A stretch of DNA of 63,865 nt, counting the filler, from an uncultured Thermoplasmatales archaeon (lineage in GTDB: Archaea; Thermoplasmatota; E2; DHVEG-1): NCBI GenBank assembly GCA_964517155.1. It is 5 parts of 5 records of this genome, joined end to end, with 100 filler letters (N's around TTAATTAATTAA, not from the genome) between each part and the next. Parts side by side here need not be neighbours in the genome. Positions count along the whole stretch, not along the records: positions 1 to 21,057 come from CAZFAZ010000001.1; 4 more parts are not named here. One strand, 5' to 3'. Below the pieces are notes generated by a model. That model was not told where the DNA came from. It did not search any database and worked only from the letters and a program-made list of their open reading frames with translations. Shown here in pieces: positions 9,744 through 19,107 of the stretch; the stretch's first letter is position 1, and each line of letters opens with the position of its first letter. A program made the position numbers and the translations under genes.

Positions 9744-10736
9744 TTAATTCCCCTTGTTTTCTAAAAATAGCATTATTTCTTCTATAAACATATTTGTTTT
9801 ATCTTTTGGAACAATCGCACCTAAAACTTCTTTTTTTCCACCGCATTTAAAACCTAGTTTTTTTCCTTTTTTTATCATTGGCTCTGCATTTTTTTTGCTA
9901 CGCATGTAGATTTGATCTTTATCATCAAAAAATCCTGTGTTTACAACTAGTGTATCTTTTCCGGTATCCCAAGATACTTTTCTTGTAACTGTGGATATAA
10001 TGTTGTATGTTGTGTTTATTTTTTTAAATATTACATCATTTATTTCTTCATTTGGAGTTTTAAATATTTTATTCATTTCATTGTCTAGTTTGTTTAGATT
10101 TTGAATCCATAGTTTGTTGTTTAGTATCTCTTGAGGGTTTTGAATTTTTAAAAGTTGATGTGGTGCATCTTCTACTGCTTTTTTATCTCCTATTTTATAG
10201 TTTGAATCTATTAGGTATACCATTTTGTGTAGGTCTTCAAATCTTAAATTGTTTTTTTTGCAGAAATCATTTATTTTTTTGTTAAATTCAAGATTATTTT
10301 TGATTTTTTCTTCATAATCTCCAACAACGCCTAAAAGTGCATAGAGGTTTACATCGTTTTTTAGATAATCATTTATTATCCAGCTTGCAGAGGGATATTT
10401 ATCTGGGTTTTCTCCTTTAAGTATTGGATTGTGATGAAATACTTCTTCGTAGATTTTTCCCAGGTGGTGATCAAAAATCATTACTTTTGATTTTTTTGCA
10501 AGTATTTGTATATTTTCTGGCGTTAAAGCCATATCTACTATTATTATAAAATCGTATTTTGAATATTTTTTTATTTCTTCATCTGTTAAGTAGTAGTTTC
10601 CAAGTGTTGGTGTTGCATTTTTAATGTCTTTATGTTTTAGTTTTTCTAGCATAAGTTTTGCTGAGCATATTCCATCTGCATCCCAGTGATGAATTATTAT
10701 TCCTTTTCCGTTTAGTTTTTCTAACATTTTTTTCAC
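9744..10736 (-). CDS. DHH family phosphoesterase, candidate PAP phosphatase
   Basis: HHWDADG, IVD, IFDHH and C-terminal GGK motifs. Confidence 0.8.
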   Translation of the reverse strand: MKKMLEKLNGKGIIIHHWDADGICSAKLMLEKLKHKDIKNATPTLGNYYLTDEEIKKYSKYDFIIIVDMALTPENIQILAKKSKVMIFDHHLGKIYEEVFHHNPILKGENPDKYPSASWIINDYLKNDVNLYALLGVVGDYEEKIKNNLEFNKKINDFCKKNNLRFEDLHKMVYLIDSNYKIGDKKAVEDAPHQLLKIQNPQEILNNKLWIQNLNKLDNEMNKIFKTPNEEINDVIFKKINTTYNIISTVTRKVSWDTGKDTLVVNTGFFDDKDQIYMRSKKNAEPMIKKGKKLGFKCGGKKEVLGAIVPKDKTNMFIEEIMLFLENKGN

Positions 10737-10741
10737 CTTTT

Positions 10742-12013
10742 TTATTCTCGTATCATTCCTGCTGCAACTGTTTCGTTTGTATATTCATCTATAAATATCA
10801 TACATCCCGTCGCTCGATTATCCTTATACTTATCATAAAATAATGGTTTTGCAGTTCTTATTTTGATTCTACCTATTTCATTTAAACCTATTGTTTTTGC
10901 ATCTTCTATCCTGTGTAGTGTGTTTATGTTAAGTTTGTATAGTATTTCTTTTACCATACATTTTGTTTCATTTGCTGTATGTCTTATTAAGTATTTGTTT
11001 CCCGGCTCTAGTTTTTTCTTATTCATCCAGCATATCATCAAATCTATATCTTTTGATATAAGCGGCATGTTGTTTTCACGAACAAGCATATCTCCTCTGC
11101 TTATATCCAGGTCATCTTCTAGTTGAATCGCAACAGACATCGGCGGAAATGCTTCTTTTATTTTTTTGTTGTTTTGTCCTTCGATTGACTTTATTTTTGT
11201 TATAAAACCTGAGGGTAATATTTTTATTTCATCTCCTGGTTTAAATATCCCGCTTTCTATTTTTCCTGCGTATCCTCTGTAGTCATGAAATTTGTCATCT
11301 CTTGGTCTTATTACGTATTGAACTGGAAATCTGCAGTCTATTAGGTTTTCATCGCTTGCTATATGTATGTTTTCCAAGAGATATAGTAGCGTTGGTCCTT
11401 CATACCAGGGCATGTTTTTTGATTTGTCTACTACGTTGTCACCTAGTAGAGCACTTATTGGTATGAAATACATGTCTTTTACATTTAGTTTTGATACAAA
11501 ATTCTGTATTTCTTTTTTGATTTTGTTGTATGTTTCTTCTTTAAAATCTACAAGATCCATTTTATTTATGCATATTACAAAGTGTGGTATCTGAAGTAGT
11601 GCTGAAATAAATATATGTCTGTGTGTTTGTTCTACTACTCCGTTTCGCGCATCGACTAGTATTATTGCAAGGTTTGCCGTGGATGCACCTGTTACCATGT
11701 TTCTTGTGTATTGCGGATGTCCCGGGGTATCTGCTATTATGAATTTTCTATTGGGTGTTGCAAAATAACGATAAGCTACATCTATAGTGATGCCTTGTTC
11801 TCGCTCTGCCTTAAGTCCATCCATGAGTAGTGCAAGGTTTAGGTTTTCTCCTCTTTGTTGGCTTATTTTTTCTATGTTTTCTATTTGATCTGAAAATAGT
11901 GTTTTGCTGTCATATAAAAGACGTCCTATTAGCGTGCTTTTTCCATCATCTACGCTTCCCGCGGTTGTAAATCTTAGTAGCTCCATATCTAGATATGTGT
12001 CTGAATTTACCAT
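10742..12013 (-). CDS. cysN: Sulfate adenylyltransferase subunit 1 (GTPase)
   Basis: LLRFTTAGSVDDGKSTLIGRLL, AEREQGITIDVAYRYF, DTPGH and NKMD motifs. Confidence 0.97.
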   Translation of the reverse strand: MVNSDTYLDMELLRFTTAGSVDDGKSTLIGRLLYDSKTLFSDQIENIEKISQQRGENLNLALLMDGLKAEREQGITIDVAYRYFATPNRKFIIADTPGHPQYTRNMVTGASTANLAIILVDARNGVVEQTHRHIFISALLQIPHFVICINKMDLVDFKEETYNKIKKEIQNFVSKLNVKDMYFIPISALLGDNVVDKSKNMPWYEGPTLLYLLENIHIASDENLIDCRFPVQYVIRPRDDKFHDYRGYAGKIESGIFKPGDEIKILPSGFITKIKSIEGQNNKKIKEAFPPMSVAIQLEDDLDISRGDMLVRENNMPLISKDIDLMICWMNKKKLEPGNKYLIRHTANETKCMVKEILYKLNINTLHRIEDAKTIGLNEIGRIKIRTAKPLFYDKYKDNRATGCMIFIDEYTNETVAAGMIRE

Positions 12014-12925
12014 TTAGAAGTATCCCTCCTTTTTTCTGTCTTCCATCGCAGTTTCAGATCGCTTGTCATCTGCTCTGCTTCCGCGCTCTGAGCTTCTGAT
12101 TTGTGCTACTTCGTTTACGATTTCTTTAAGGGTTTTTGCATTTGATTTTGTAAGTCCTGTGCAGGTCATATCTCCTATTGTTCTGCAGCGAACTTGCATT
12201 TCTTTTGCATTTTTCTTTTCTGTTTCATCCATATTTATGTATTCTGTATATGCTAGTATTACTCCATCACGTATTATGCATTTTCTTTTATGTGAAAAGT
12301 ATAGTTTTGGGATATCTATGTTTTCTTTTAGTATATATTGCCATACATCCATTTCTGTCCAGTTGCTGAGTGGAAATACTCTGAAGTGTTCTCCAACGTT
12401 ATATCGTCCGTTATATAAATCCCATAATTCTGGTCTTTGGTTTTTTGGATCCCATTCTCCAAACTCGTTTCTATGTGAAAAGAATCTTTCTTTTGCTCTT
12501 GCTTTTTCTTCGTCGCGTCTTCCACCACCTATACAGCAGTCGAATTTGTTTTCTTCTATTGTATCAAGCAGTGTTTTTGTTTGCAGGTAGTTTCTACTTG
12601 CATATTTGCCTTTTTCTTCTGTTACTCTGCCTTTTTTTATTGAGTCTTCTACGCTTCCAACAACTAGTCTTGCCCCTAGTTTTTTTACATAATTGTCTCT
12701 GTACTCAAGGGTTTCTGGAAAATTGTGTCCCGTGTCTATATGCAGGAAGGGGAAAGGCATTTTTGCAGGATAAAATGCTTTTTTGGCTATATGGCCCATT
12801 ACAATTGAGTCTTTTCCTCCTGAAAATAGTAGTGCTGGTCTTTGGAATTGTGCTGCTACTTCTCGCATTATAAATATTGCTTCTGCTTCTAGTTTGTCAA
12901 GATGTGTTAAATTATAGTGTGTCAT
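12014..12925 (-). CDS. cysD: Sulfate adenylyltransferase subunit 2
   Basis: LFSGGKDS, GGGRRDEEKARAKER, WDPKNQRPELW and C-terminal MEDRKKEGYF. Confidence 0.97.
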   Translation of the reverse strand: MTHYNLTHLDKLEAEAIFIMREVAAQFQRPALLFSGGKDSIVMGHIAKKAFYPAKMPFPFLHIDTGHNFPETLEYRDNYVKKLGARLVVGSVEDSIKKGRVTEEKGKYASRNYLQTKTLLDTIEENKFDCCIGGGRRDEEKARAKERFFSHRNEFGEWDPKNQRPELWDLYNGRYNVGEHFRVFPLSNWTEMDVWQYILKENIDIPKLYFSHKRKCIIRDGVILAYTEYINMDETEKKNAKEMQVRCRTIGDMTCTGLTKSNAKTLKEIVNEVAQIRSSERGSRADDKRSETAMEDRKKEGYF

Positions 12926-12950
12926 TTTTAAGCCTTCCATGTTTGTTTTT

Positions 12951-13172
12951 TTATTCTAAATAACCTAGTGATTTAAGTTTGTTTTTCACTCTTTTTTCAT
13001 CGTCTTTTGAAAATGCTTCGTCTTTTTCTTCAGAGCCTGATATTACTTCTCTTAGAACATAAGTCACATATGAAGAAAGGGATGTAAATCCGGTTCCTTC
13101 TATCCTTTTTTTAATCTTGTTTGCAAGGGGCATTGGAATAGATATTGTTGTAAATTTATTTTCTTCCGTCAT
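12951..13172 (-). CDS. CopG/RHH family regulator heading the cys operon
   Basis: FTTISIPMPLANKIKKRIEGTGFTSLSSYVTYVLREV fits an RHH; the tail is EKRVKNKLKSLGYLE. Confidence 0.8.
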   Translation of the reverse strand: MTEENKFTTISIPMPLANKIKKRIEGTGFTSLSSYVTYVLREVISGSEEKDEAFSKDDEKRVKNKLKSLGYLE

Positions 13173-13185
13173 AATTATACCTAAC

Positions 13186-13250
13186 TACATTTCATTATAT
13201 TTAATTAAATGTAATTATATATCATTACACTCTGTTATATATAATTTACG
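13186..13250 (-). promoter_or_regulatory. Putative BRE/TATA promoter with overlapping inverted repeats for the cys operon
   Basis: Minus-strand CGTAAATTATATATAA. Inverted repeats TGTAAT-N8-ATTACA (13210-13229) and TACATTT-N14-AAATGTA (13186-13213). Confidence 0.45.
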
Positions 13251-13288
13251 AAAAAAAAGAAGGAGAAAATTGCTAAATTAAAATCCTC

Positions 13289-13753
13289 TTAATTTTTTAT
13301 AATACGATATTTAAGATAAACAATAATAAACAATACAATTACTATCAAAACAGTAGGGAGGAAAAAATCAAACGGAACAAAAAAAAGAGCAATAACAAGT
13401 GAAAAAATCAAAACCATAAAAAGTACAATAAAGTTTTTTAATGCTTTTGATTCAAATTTTATTTCTGCAACTCCTTTATTCTCCGATTCTTTTAAAAAAT
13501 CAACTACCTCTTTTTCTTTTTCGCTGAGTTCAACATCTTTTTCTTCTAATTCAGTTGTTTTTCCTTCTTTTTCTGCTTTTAATCCTTTTAAAAAATTTTT
13601 ATAATTTTCAAGATTATCAAAAATTAATGGACTTCCACGATACCCGCAATCTCTACATACATCTCTTGAAGTATAACCAGTTATAACTCCATCTCTCAAA
13701 CGTCCTTGAAATATTCTTCTACTTCCACAGTTTGGACATGCCGTAATCTCCAA
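13289..13753 (-). CDS. Zn-ribbon protein with two C-terminal TM helices
   Basis: CPNCGS...CRDCGY pairs and a hydrophobic C-terminus. Confidence 0.7.
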   Translation of the reverse strand: MEITACPNCGSRRIFQGRLRDGVITGYTSRDVCRDCGYRGSPLIFDNLENYKNFLKGLKAEKEGKTTELEEKDVELSEKEKEVVDFLKESENKGVAEIKFESKALKNFIVLFMVLIFSLVIALFFVPFDFFLPTVLIVIVLFIIVYLKYRIIKN

Positions 13754-13831
13754 TTTGTTATTTCACCTACATTTATTTGATAATAAAAAAACAAATAATA
13801 GCTTTGCTATTACCCCACTGTAATTATTTGG

Positions 13832-14677
13832 GTGAAATCTGTGAAAAAAAGCGATGTTAAAGTTGCAGTTATAAGAATTGAAGGGACAAACTGCGAGCAA
13901 GAGTCATTTGATGCATTCAAAAGACTTGGTGCAAAACCTGAGTTTGTACATCTTAAACAACTTTTACATATTGATTGCACTAATACTGAAAAAAGAGATA
14001 TTTCTGATTACCAATGCATTATGATACCTGGAGGTTTTTCAGCAGGCGACTATATTCGCGCAGGTGCTATTTTTGCAGCTAGAATGAAAAGCAAGTTAGG
14101 CAGCGATCTTAAAGAATTTGTAAAAGATGAATATCCAATACTTGGCATATGTAACGGCTTTCAGGTTTTAACAGAGCTGGGGCTGCTTCCAGGTGTTAAA
14201 GAAATTATGACCAGCGTTCCTGATGCATGTTTAAATATTAATGATAGTAATCGTTTTGAATGCCGTCCAACCTTTTTAAAACATGAAAATAATGGCAAAT
14301 GCGTTTTTACAAGTAAACTTGCTAAAGGAGAAATTAGACTTATTCCTAGTGCTCATGCAGAAGGAAAACTTTTGTTTCCTTTAGATAAACAAGAAGAATA
14401 TCTTAAAAAATTAGAAGAAAACGATCAGGTTGTTTTCCGTTATGTAGATGAAAACGGAGAATATGCAGGTTATCCTTGGAATCCAAATGGTTCAATCAGC
14501 AATCTTGCAGGAATTTGCAATCATATCGGAAATGTCTTTGGTATGATGCCTCATCCTGAAAGAACTTTTTATCGCCATCAACATCCAGATTGGGTTCAAA
14601 ATGGTCTCGATAAAAACATAGGGGATGGAATGGCTATTTTTGAGTCTGTTTTGGATTATACTTGTAAAAGGTTCTGA
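13832..14677 (+). CDS. purQ: Phosphoribosylformylglycinamidine synthase subunit PurQ
   Basis: GTNCE, PGGFSAGDY, LGICNGFQ, NPNGS and GMMPHPER motifs. Confidence 0.97.
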   Translation: MKSVKKSDVKVAVIRIEGTNCEQESFDAFKRLGAKPEFVHLKQLLHIDCTNTEKRDISDYQCIMIPGGFSAGDYIRAGAIFAARMKSKLGSDLKEFVKDEYPILGICNGFQVLTELGLLPGVKEIMTSVPDACLNINDSNRFECRPTFLKHENNGKCVFTSKLAKGEIRLIPSAHAEGKLLFPLDKQEEYLKKLEENDQVVFRYVDENGEYAGYPWNPNGSISNLAGICNHIGNVFGMMPHPERTFYRHQHPDWVQNGLDKNIGDGMAIFESVLDYTCKRF

Positions 14678-14682
14678 AAGTT

Positions 14683-15093
14683 ATGCCAAGTGTTGCCACT
14701 TGTATCCTAATGGATGAAAAAGGGCAAATTCTTATTCTTAAGCGGAGCAATAAAGTTGGAACTTACAAAGGATTCTGGAGTGGTGTTGCAGGTTATGTTG
14801 AAGAAGGTGAAAAGCCTATTGATACTGCATTTAAAGAAATACGTGAAGAAACAGGTCTTAACAATAATGATGTTGAGTTAATAAAAACTATCGAGCCTAT
14901 CGAAGTTACAGATTTTTATGAAGGAAAAAGATACGATTGGAAGATTTATCCTTTTTTGTTTAAAACTGGAAAAAAAAGTAAAGTACAAATAGACTGGGAG
15001 CATACTAAATACAGATGGATAAAACCATCTGAACTAGAGAGTTTTGAAGCCGTTCCACGGCTAAAAGAAGTTGTATTAAAATTATTAAAATAA
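14683..15093 (+). CDS. NUDIX hydrolase
   Basis: Nudix box AGYVEEGEKPIDTAFKEIREETGL. Confidence 0.92.
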   Translation: MPSVATCILMDEKGQILILKRSNKVGTYKGFWSGVAGYVEEGEKPIDTAFKEIREETGLNNNDVELIKTIEPIEVTDFYEGKRYDWKIYPFLFKTGKKSKVQIDWEHTKYRWIKPSELESFEAVPRLKEVVLKLLK

Positions 15094-15106
15094 ACAAGTT
15101 TTTATC

Positions 15107-15170
15107 GGATGGGGAAGCCGTGGAGGTGGTGAGGAGAGATAGGAAAAAATTAGGAAAACTCCCCCATCCT
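15107..15170 (-). ncRNA. Candidate small RNA: 11-13 bp stem with a pyrimidine-rich anti-SD loop
   Basis: GGAUGGGGGAG pairs with CUUCCCCAUCC, with G.U pairs possible only on the minus strand. TTTATATA box at 15194-15201 lies about 24 nt upstream. Confidence 0.45.
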
Positions 15171-15245
15171 ACATTATATAATTGCTTTATAAGTATATAA
15201 ACTTTTTTATAAAAATATTAAATAAATATATTGGGACTTTTAAAA

Positions 15246-15821
15246 TCAAACTTTTTTATCTAGAGAAATAAGTATTTTTTCTATCTTAGAAAACGTATCA
15301 TTAATAGATCCAGATGTATCAATAATCCCCCAATCATCAACAAGCATAAGTGCCTTGTTTCTAACTTTTACAAGAGCATCATGAGTCTCAAAAATCTCAG
15401 TTTCCTTACGCTCAGAAATACGACTCAAAAGCTCTTCAGGCGTTGCATCTAAAAAAAACATATACTCAGAAGTAGGAACAAAACCATAAAAAAACTTATA
15501 ACCAATTTTTGCAAGCTTTTTAGGCAAATAAGCAGTCCCAATAAGATATCTTGTCATAATAAGTGTATCAATATCCTTCCTACGATAATATTTCCTAATT
15601 GAACGCAAGACATCAAACATGTAAAAAACAGAAGCATTAAGCTTGTTTAGTTTACCTTTCCCAAGTAACGCCTTTTTTGCTTTGCGACCAAAATAATTAT
15701 CAACTTCAGGATGAGATCGCAAAACTACGTTTTCACCTAAATCTTCATATCTTTTCTTAACTAGTAATGCATGAGTATCTTTCCCAACACCATCAAGACC
15801 GTCCATTATTATAAGACGCAT
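15246..15821 (-). CDS. Thymidylate kinase-like protein
   Basis: MRLIIMDGLDGVGKDT P-loop, TRY in place of DRY, and FFLDATPEELLSRI. Confidence 0.75.
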   Translation of the reverse strand: MRLIIMDGLDGVGKDTHALLVKKRYEDLGENVVLRSHPEVDNYFGRKAKKALLGKGKLNKLNASVFYMFDVLRSIRKYYRRKDIDTLIMTRYLIGTAYLPKKLAKIGYKFFYGFVPTSEYMFFLDATPEELLSRISERKETEIFETHDALVKVRNKALMLVDDWGIIDTSGSINDTFSKIEKILISLDKKV

Positions 15822-15828
15822 AAAAACC

Positions 15829-16494
15829 TCATAAAATAAATACAAACCAGTATAAAAATGCTGCAACAAATGGAACACTTAGATTATCAAGTCCCTTAGG
15901 CGTAAGCCCCTCAACTACTGCTGCAACAAATGCAATTCCAAGTAAAACAAGAACTACATCGCTTGACAAACTAATACCGTAATAGATTAATGCAACAACA
16001 GTTGTAATAAAAGTAAAGACAAACATAGCAAAACTGCCGATATAGCTTTTCTCATCACCAAAAACATTATATTTTTTCTTACCAAACCTAATGCCAATAA
16101 TTGATGCAAAACCATCACCATATGACATTGCAAGAATTCCTATTGCAATAATAACCATATTATCAAAAAACAAATACGCAAGAATAGTCCAAGTAATAGC
16201 ATAATAAACAAGTCCCATACTGTGCCCTGCCGCACTTGTTCTACCCTTTATAGATTTAATAGGAGTATAAGGACTCATTAAAAATGTAAAGAAAATAAAA
16301 GGACCTGCCGCAACAAAAGCCATAACCCAAGAATTATTAAAAATAGGTAGTAAAAAAGCAATATTTCCAACCATTATATGAAGAACCTTACGAGAAACTT
16401 CTGGCCATTTATCTAAAAATTTTTCTGTAATAATTAACAAAATTGCCACATAAATATAAACAAGCAAAACGCCTGATACATCGCCGCTAAGCAT
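15829..16494 (-). CDS. Polyprenol/dolichol kinase family protein (CTP-dependent)
   Basis: SRKVLHI, YGDGFASIIG, EKSYIGS and GLDNLSVP motifs; multi-TM. Confidence 0.88.
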   Translation of the reverse strand: MLSGDVSGVLLVYIYVAILLIITEKFLDKWPEVSRKVLHIMVGNIAFLLPIFNNSWVMAFVAAGPFIFFTFLMSPYTPIKSIKGRTSAAGHSMGLVYYAITWTILAYLFFDNMVIIAIGILAMSYGDGFASIIGIRFGKKKYNVFGDEKSYIGSFAMFVFTFITTVVALIYYGISLSSDVVLVLLGIAFVAAVVEGLTPKGLDNLSVPFVAAFLYWFVFIL

Positions 16495-16574
16495 AATTTT
16501 TTTCCCCAATTAATGATTTTTATACCAGTAATATATAATAATATATAAAATATCTTATATAATTTACTCAAAAG

Positions 16575-17465
16575 TTAGATATTTACAAAAGCAGCTATAA
16601 GAAAAGCAAGAAGCCCAATAAAAATCGAAAACAAAGTAATTTTTCTAAAAAGTTTTAAATGAGGCTCTTTTTTAAAAATTAAATCAAAAGCAGTAACAAG
16701 AAGCAAAAAATCACAGATTAAAACAAGGAAAAGATAAACATAATTTCTATAATATATAGTATAATTTGCAACCAAGAAAGGAATAAAACTAAGAAAAACC
16801 GCTAAAACATAAAACAATCCTGCCAAAATATTACTTTTACGCTTTCCAATATATTTTGGAAAAGACCTGGTGCCTTTTTCTTTATCACCTTCATAGTCTT
16901 GCACATCCTTCATAATTTCTCTTCCGGAACCTGCAAGAAAAGCAATAAGTGCTATAATGTAAATCGCAGGATCGATAGTAAAAGAAAAATTATTTGAATT
17001 TATTACTGCAACTCCGCCAAAAACAAATGGAATTGCCATAACATATGCAATATAAAAATTACCGATAAATTTGATTTTTTTCATATGAGAATCATAAAGA
17101 ATAGCAAACAAAGCAGTAATCAGAGCAATAATAAAACATGCAAAGTTTACAAAATAAGAACAAATAATTCCTAGTGGGAAAAAAACAGCAAATAATATTA
17201 GTGCAGTTTTAGGTTTTATGTCACCGCGAACAAGTGGTCTGTCATTGCGTTTATTTACAATATCTATATCTAAATCAAAATAATCATTTAAAGCAAAAGT
17301 ACTTGCTTCGAGAAATAGTGCTGTAAAAAATGTTAGAATAAATTTATCCCAAGATGGAAGAGCTGCTCCTTCTAAAGCTATAACTGATCCTATAAGTATT
17401 CCTAAAAAAAGCATTACTCCATGTTCAAGGCGCATAAGTTCCCAGATTGCTTTAATTTTTTTCAT
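16575..17465 (-). CDS. UbiA family prenyltransferase, probably DGGGP synthase
   Basis: NDYFDLDIDIVNKRNDRPLVRG and REIMKDVQDYEGD motifs. Confidence 0.88.
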   Translation of the reverse strand: MKKIKAIWELMRLEHGVMLFLGILIGSVIALEGAALPSWDKFILTFFTALFLEASTFALNDYFDLDIDIVNKRNDRPLVRGDIKPKTALILFAVFFPLGIICSYFVNFACFIIALITALFAILYDSHMKKIKFIGNFYIAYVMAIPFVFGGVAVINSNNFSFTIDPAIYIIALIAFLAGSGREIMKDVQDYEGDKEKGTRSFPKYIGKRKSNILAGLFYVLAVFLSFIPFLVANYTIYYRNYVYLFLVLICDFLLLVTAFDLIFKKEPHLKLFRKITLFSIFIGLLAFLIAAFVNI

Positions 17466-17476
17466 AGAGATATCTC

Positions 17477-18511
17477 TTATTTATTTGGCTCAATTATAAC
17501 TTTCATCGAGTCTTTTGCATCAGCAACAAGTTTGAATCCTTTAGCAGTTTGACTCATAGGCAGTTTATGCGTAATCATCTCGTTTACGTCTAGTTTTTTA
17601 TCTTTTAAAAGCTTGATTGCATCAGTTATATCTTTGCCTGCCCCAGCATATGTAGAATAAGTTTTTACTTGTTTATTCCACAAATCAAAAAAGGGTATTG
17701 AAACATCAACACCAGGTGGAGTCATTGCAAACCAAAGAATTATTCCACCAAATTCAACACATTCAATTGCTTGTCTAACAGCAGATGATACTCCTGCGCA
17801 TAATATCACAAAATCTGCGAGGCATCCATTATTGTTTTTCTTAATCTGCTCAGCAATATTTTCTTTTGCATTAATTACAACATCTGCACCCATTTTTTTA
17901 GCAAGTTTAAGTCTATAATTATCAATATCTGTTGCAAAGATTTTCTTGGCACCATCTGCTTTTGCAAGTTTGATATTTAAAAGACCTGCCATACCTGAAC
18001 CTAAAACAAGAACAGTTTGTCCTTTCTTATAATTTGCAACTCTAAAACCACGAACAACACATGCAAGAGGCTCTACAAATGTTCCTTCATCATCACTTAC
18101 AGAATCAGGTAGCTTAAAAGTTCCAAAGCGAACGTTTATCTCAGGAACACGTAAGTATTGTGCAAAACCACCAGGGTAAAATTTAGTAGATTTTAGTGTT
18201 GCACAGAGTGTTTGTTGATTATTTTTACAAAAACTGCATTTGTTACATGGTACATGATGAGTTACAAAGACTCTATCGCCTTTTTTGAATTTTTTAACGT
18301 TTTTACCTGCTTTTTCAACAACACCAGATATTTCATGGCCAAGAACAATTGGTGCCTTTTTTACTCTGTACCATTCCATGACATCAGAACCACATATGCC
18401 ACTGGCAATTACTTTTACAAGTAATTCATCATCTGATATCTCAGGAATTGGTTGTTCCTCAATTCTAACATCATTATTGTTATAATACATTGCAACTTTC
18501 ATGCTATCCAC
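17477..18511 (-). CDS. Zn-dependent medium-chain dehydrogenase
   Basis: GICGSD, LGHE, a structural Cys cluster (CNKCSFC...C), EPLAC and GSGMAG. Confidence 0.92.
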   Translation of the reverse strand: MDSMKVAMYYNNNDVRIEEQPIPEISDDELLVKVIASGICGSDVMEWYRVKKAPIVLGHEISGVVEKAGKNVKKFKKGDRVFVTHHVPCNKCSFCKNNQQTLCATLKSTKFYPGGFAQYLRVPEINVRFGTFKLPDSVSDDEGTFVEPLACVVRGFRVANYKKGQTVLVLGSGMAGLLNIKLAKADGAKKIFATDIDNYRLKLAKKMGADVVINAKENIAEQIKKNNNGCLADFVILCAGVSSAVRQAIECVEFGGIILWFAMTPPGVDVSIPFFDLWNKQVKTYSTYAGAGKDITDAIKLLKDKKLDVNEMITHKLPMSQTAKGFKLVADAKDSMKVIIEPNK

Positions 18512-18621
18512 CGTTATTACTAACTATTTAATAGATTTTACCAAAGATAAGAAATATAAAAACAAAATATTTATTATTAATTAAAAGATGTATCTAAATA
18601 TAATATGGGCGTGAGAGAAAA

Positions 18622-19107
18622 ATGGGATTATTTGGGCCACCTAAGATAGCTATGACGCTGGAAAAATATAATTTTAACCCTGGCGAGGTTGCAAAAGGAA
18701 CAATTACTATAAATTTGAAAAAACCAACGTATGCAAGGAAACTAGAAGTACATTTAATGGGTGTTAGAAGAGTAAGAAAAGGAAATTCACACAGCTGGGA
18801 AACAGTATATGATTTTGAGATGCCTGTAAAGGGTGAAAAAGATTACCAAAGTGAAACAGTTCCTTTTGAATTACAAATTCCTCCAGATATACTTATGGCT
18901 AGGAGTCAACAACAAGCAGTGCAAGATTCTCTTGAAGACAAACTAGGCTCTGCAGGAAAATTTATTAGCGCTATATCAGTTGGAGCTGGCGTTACAAATT
19001 GGAAAATACGAGCACAACTTGATGTCCCAAAAAAACTTGATATAAAATATACTCAAGACATACAAATTTATCCTGCACAAACAAATCAACAAGGCGGCGT
19101 GATTTAA
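18622..19107 (+). CDS. Hypothetical protein with SpoOM/arrestin-N-like beta-sandwich
   Basis: LEKYNFNPGEVAKGTITI...PFELQIP...WKIRAQLDVP pattern. Confidence 0.55.
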   Translation: MGLFGPPKIAMTLEKYNFNPGEVAKGTITINLKKPTYARKLEVHLMGVRRVRKGNSHSWETVYDFEMPVKGEKDYQSETVPFELQIPPDILMARSQQQAVQDSLEDKLGSAGKFISAISVGAGVTNWKIRAQLDVPKKLDIKYTQDIQIYPAQTNQQGGVI

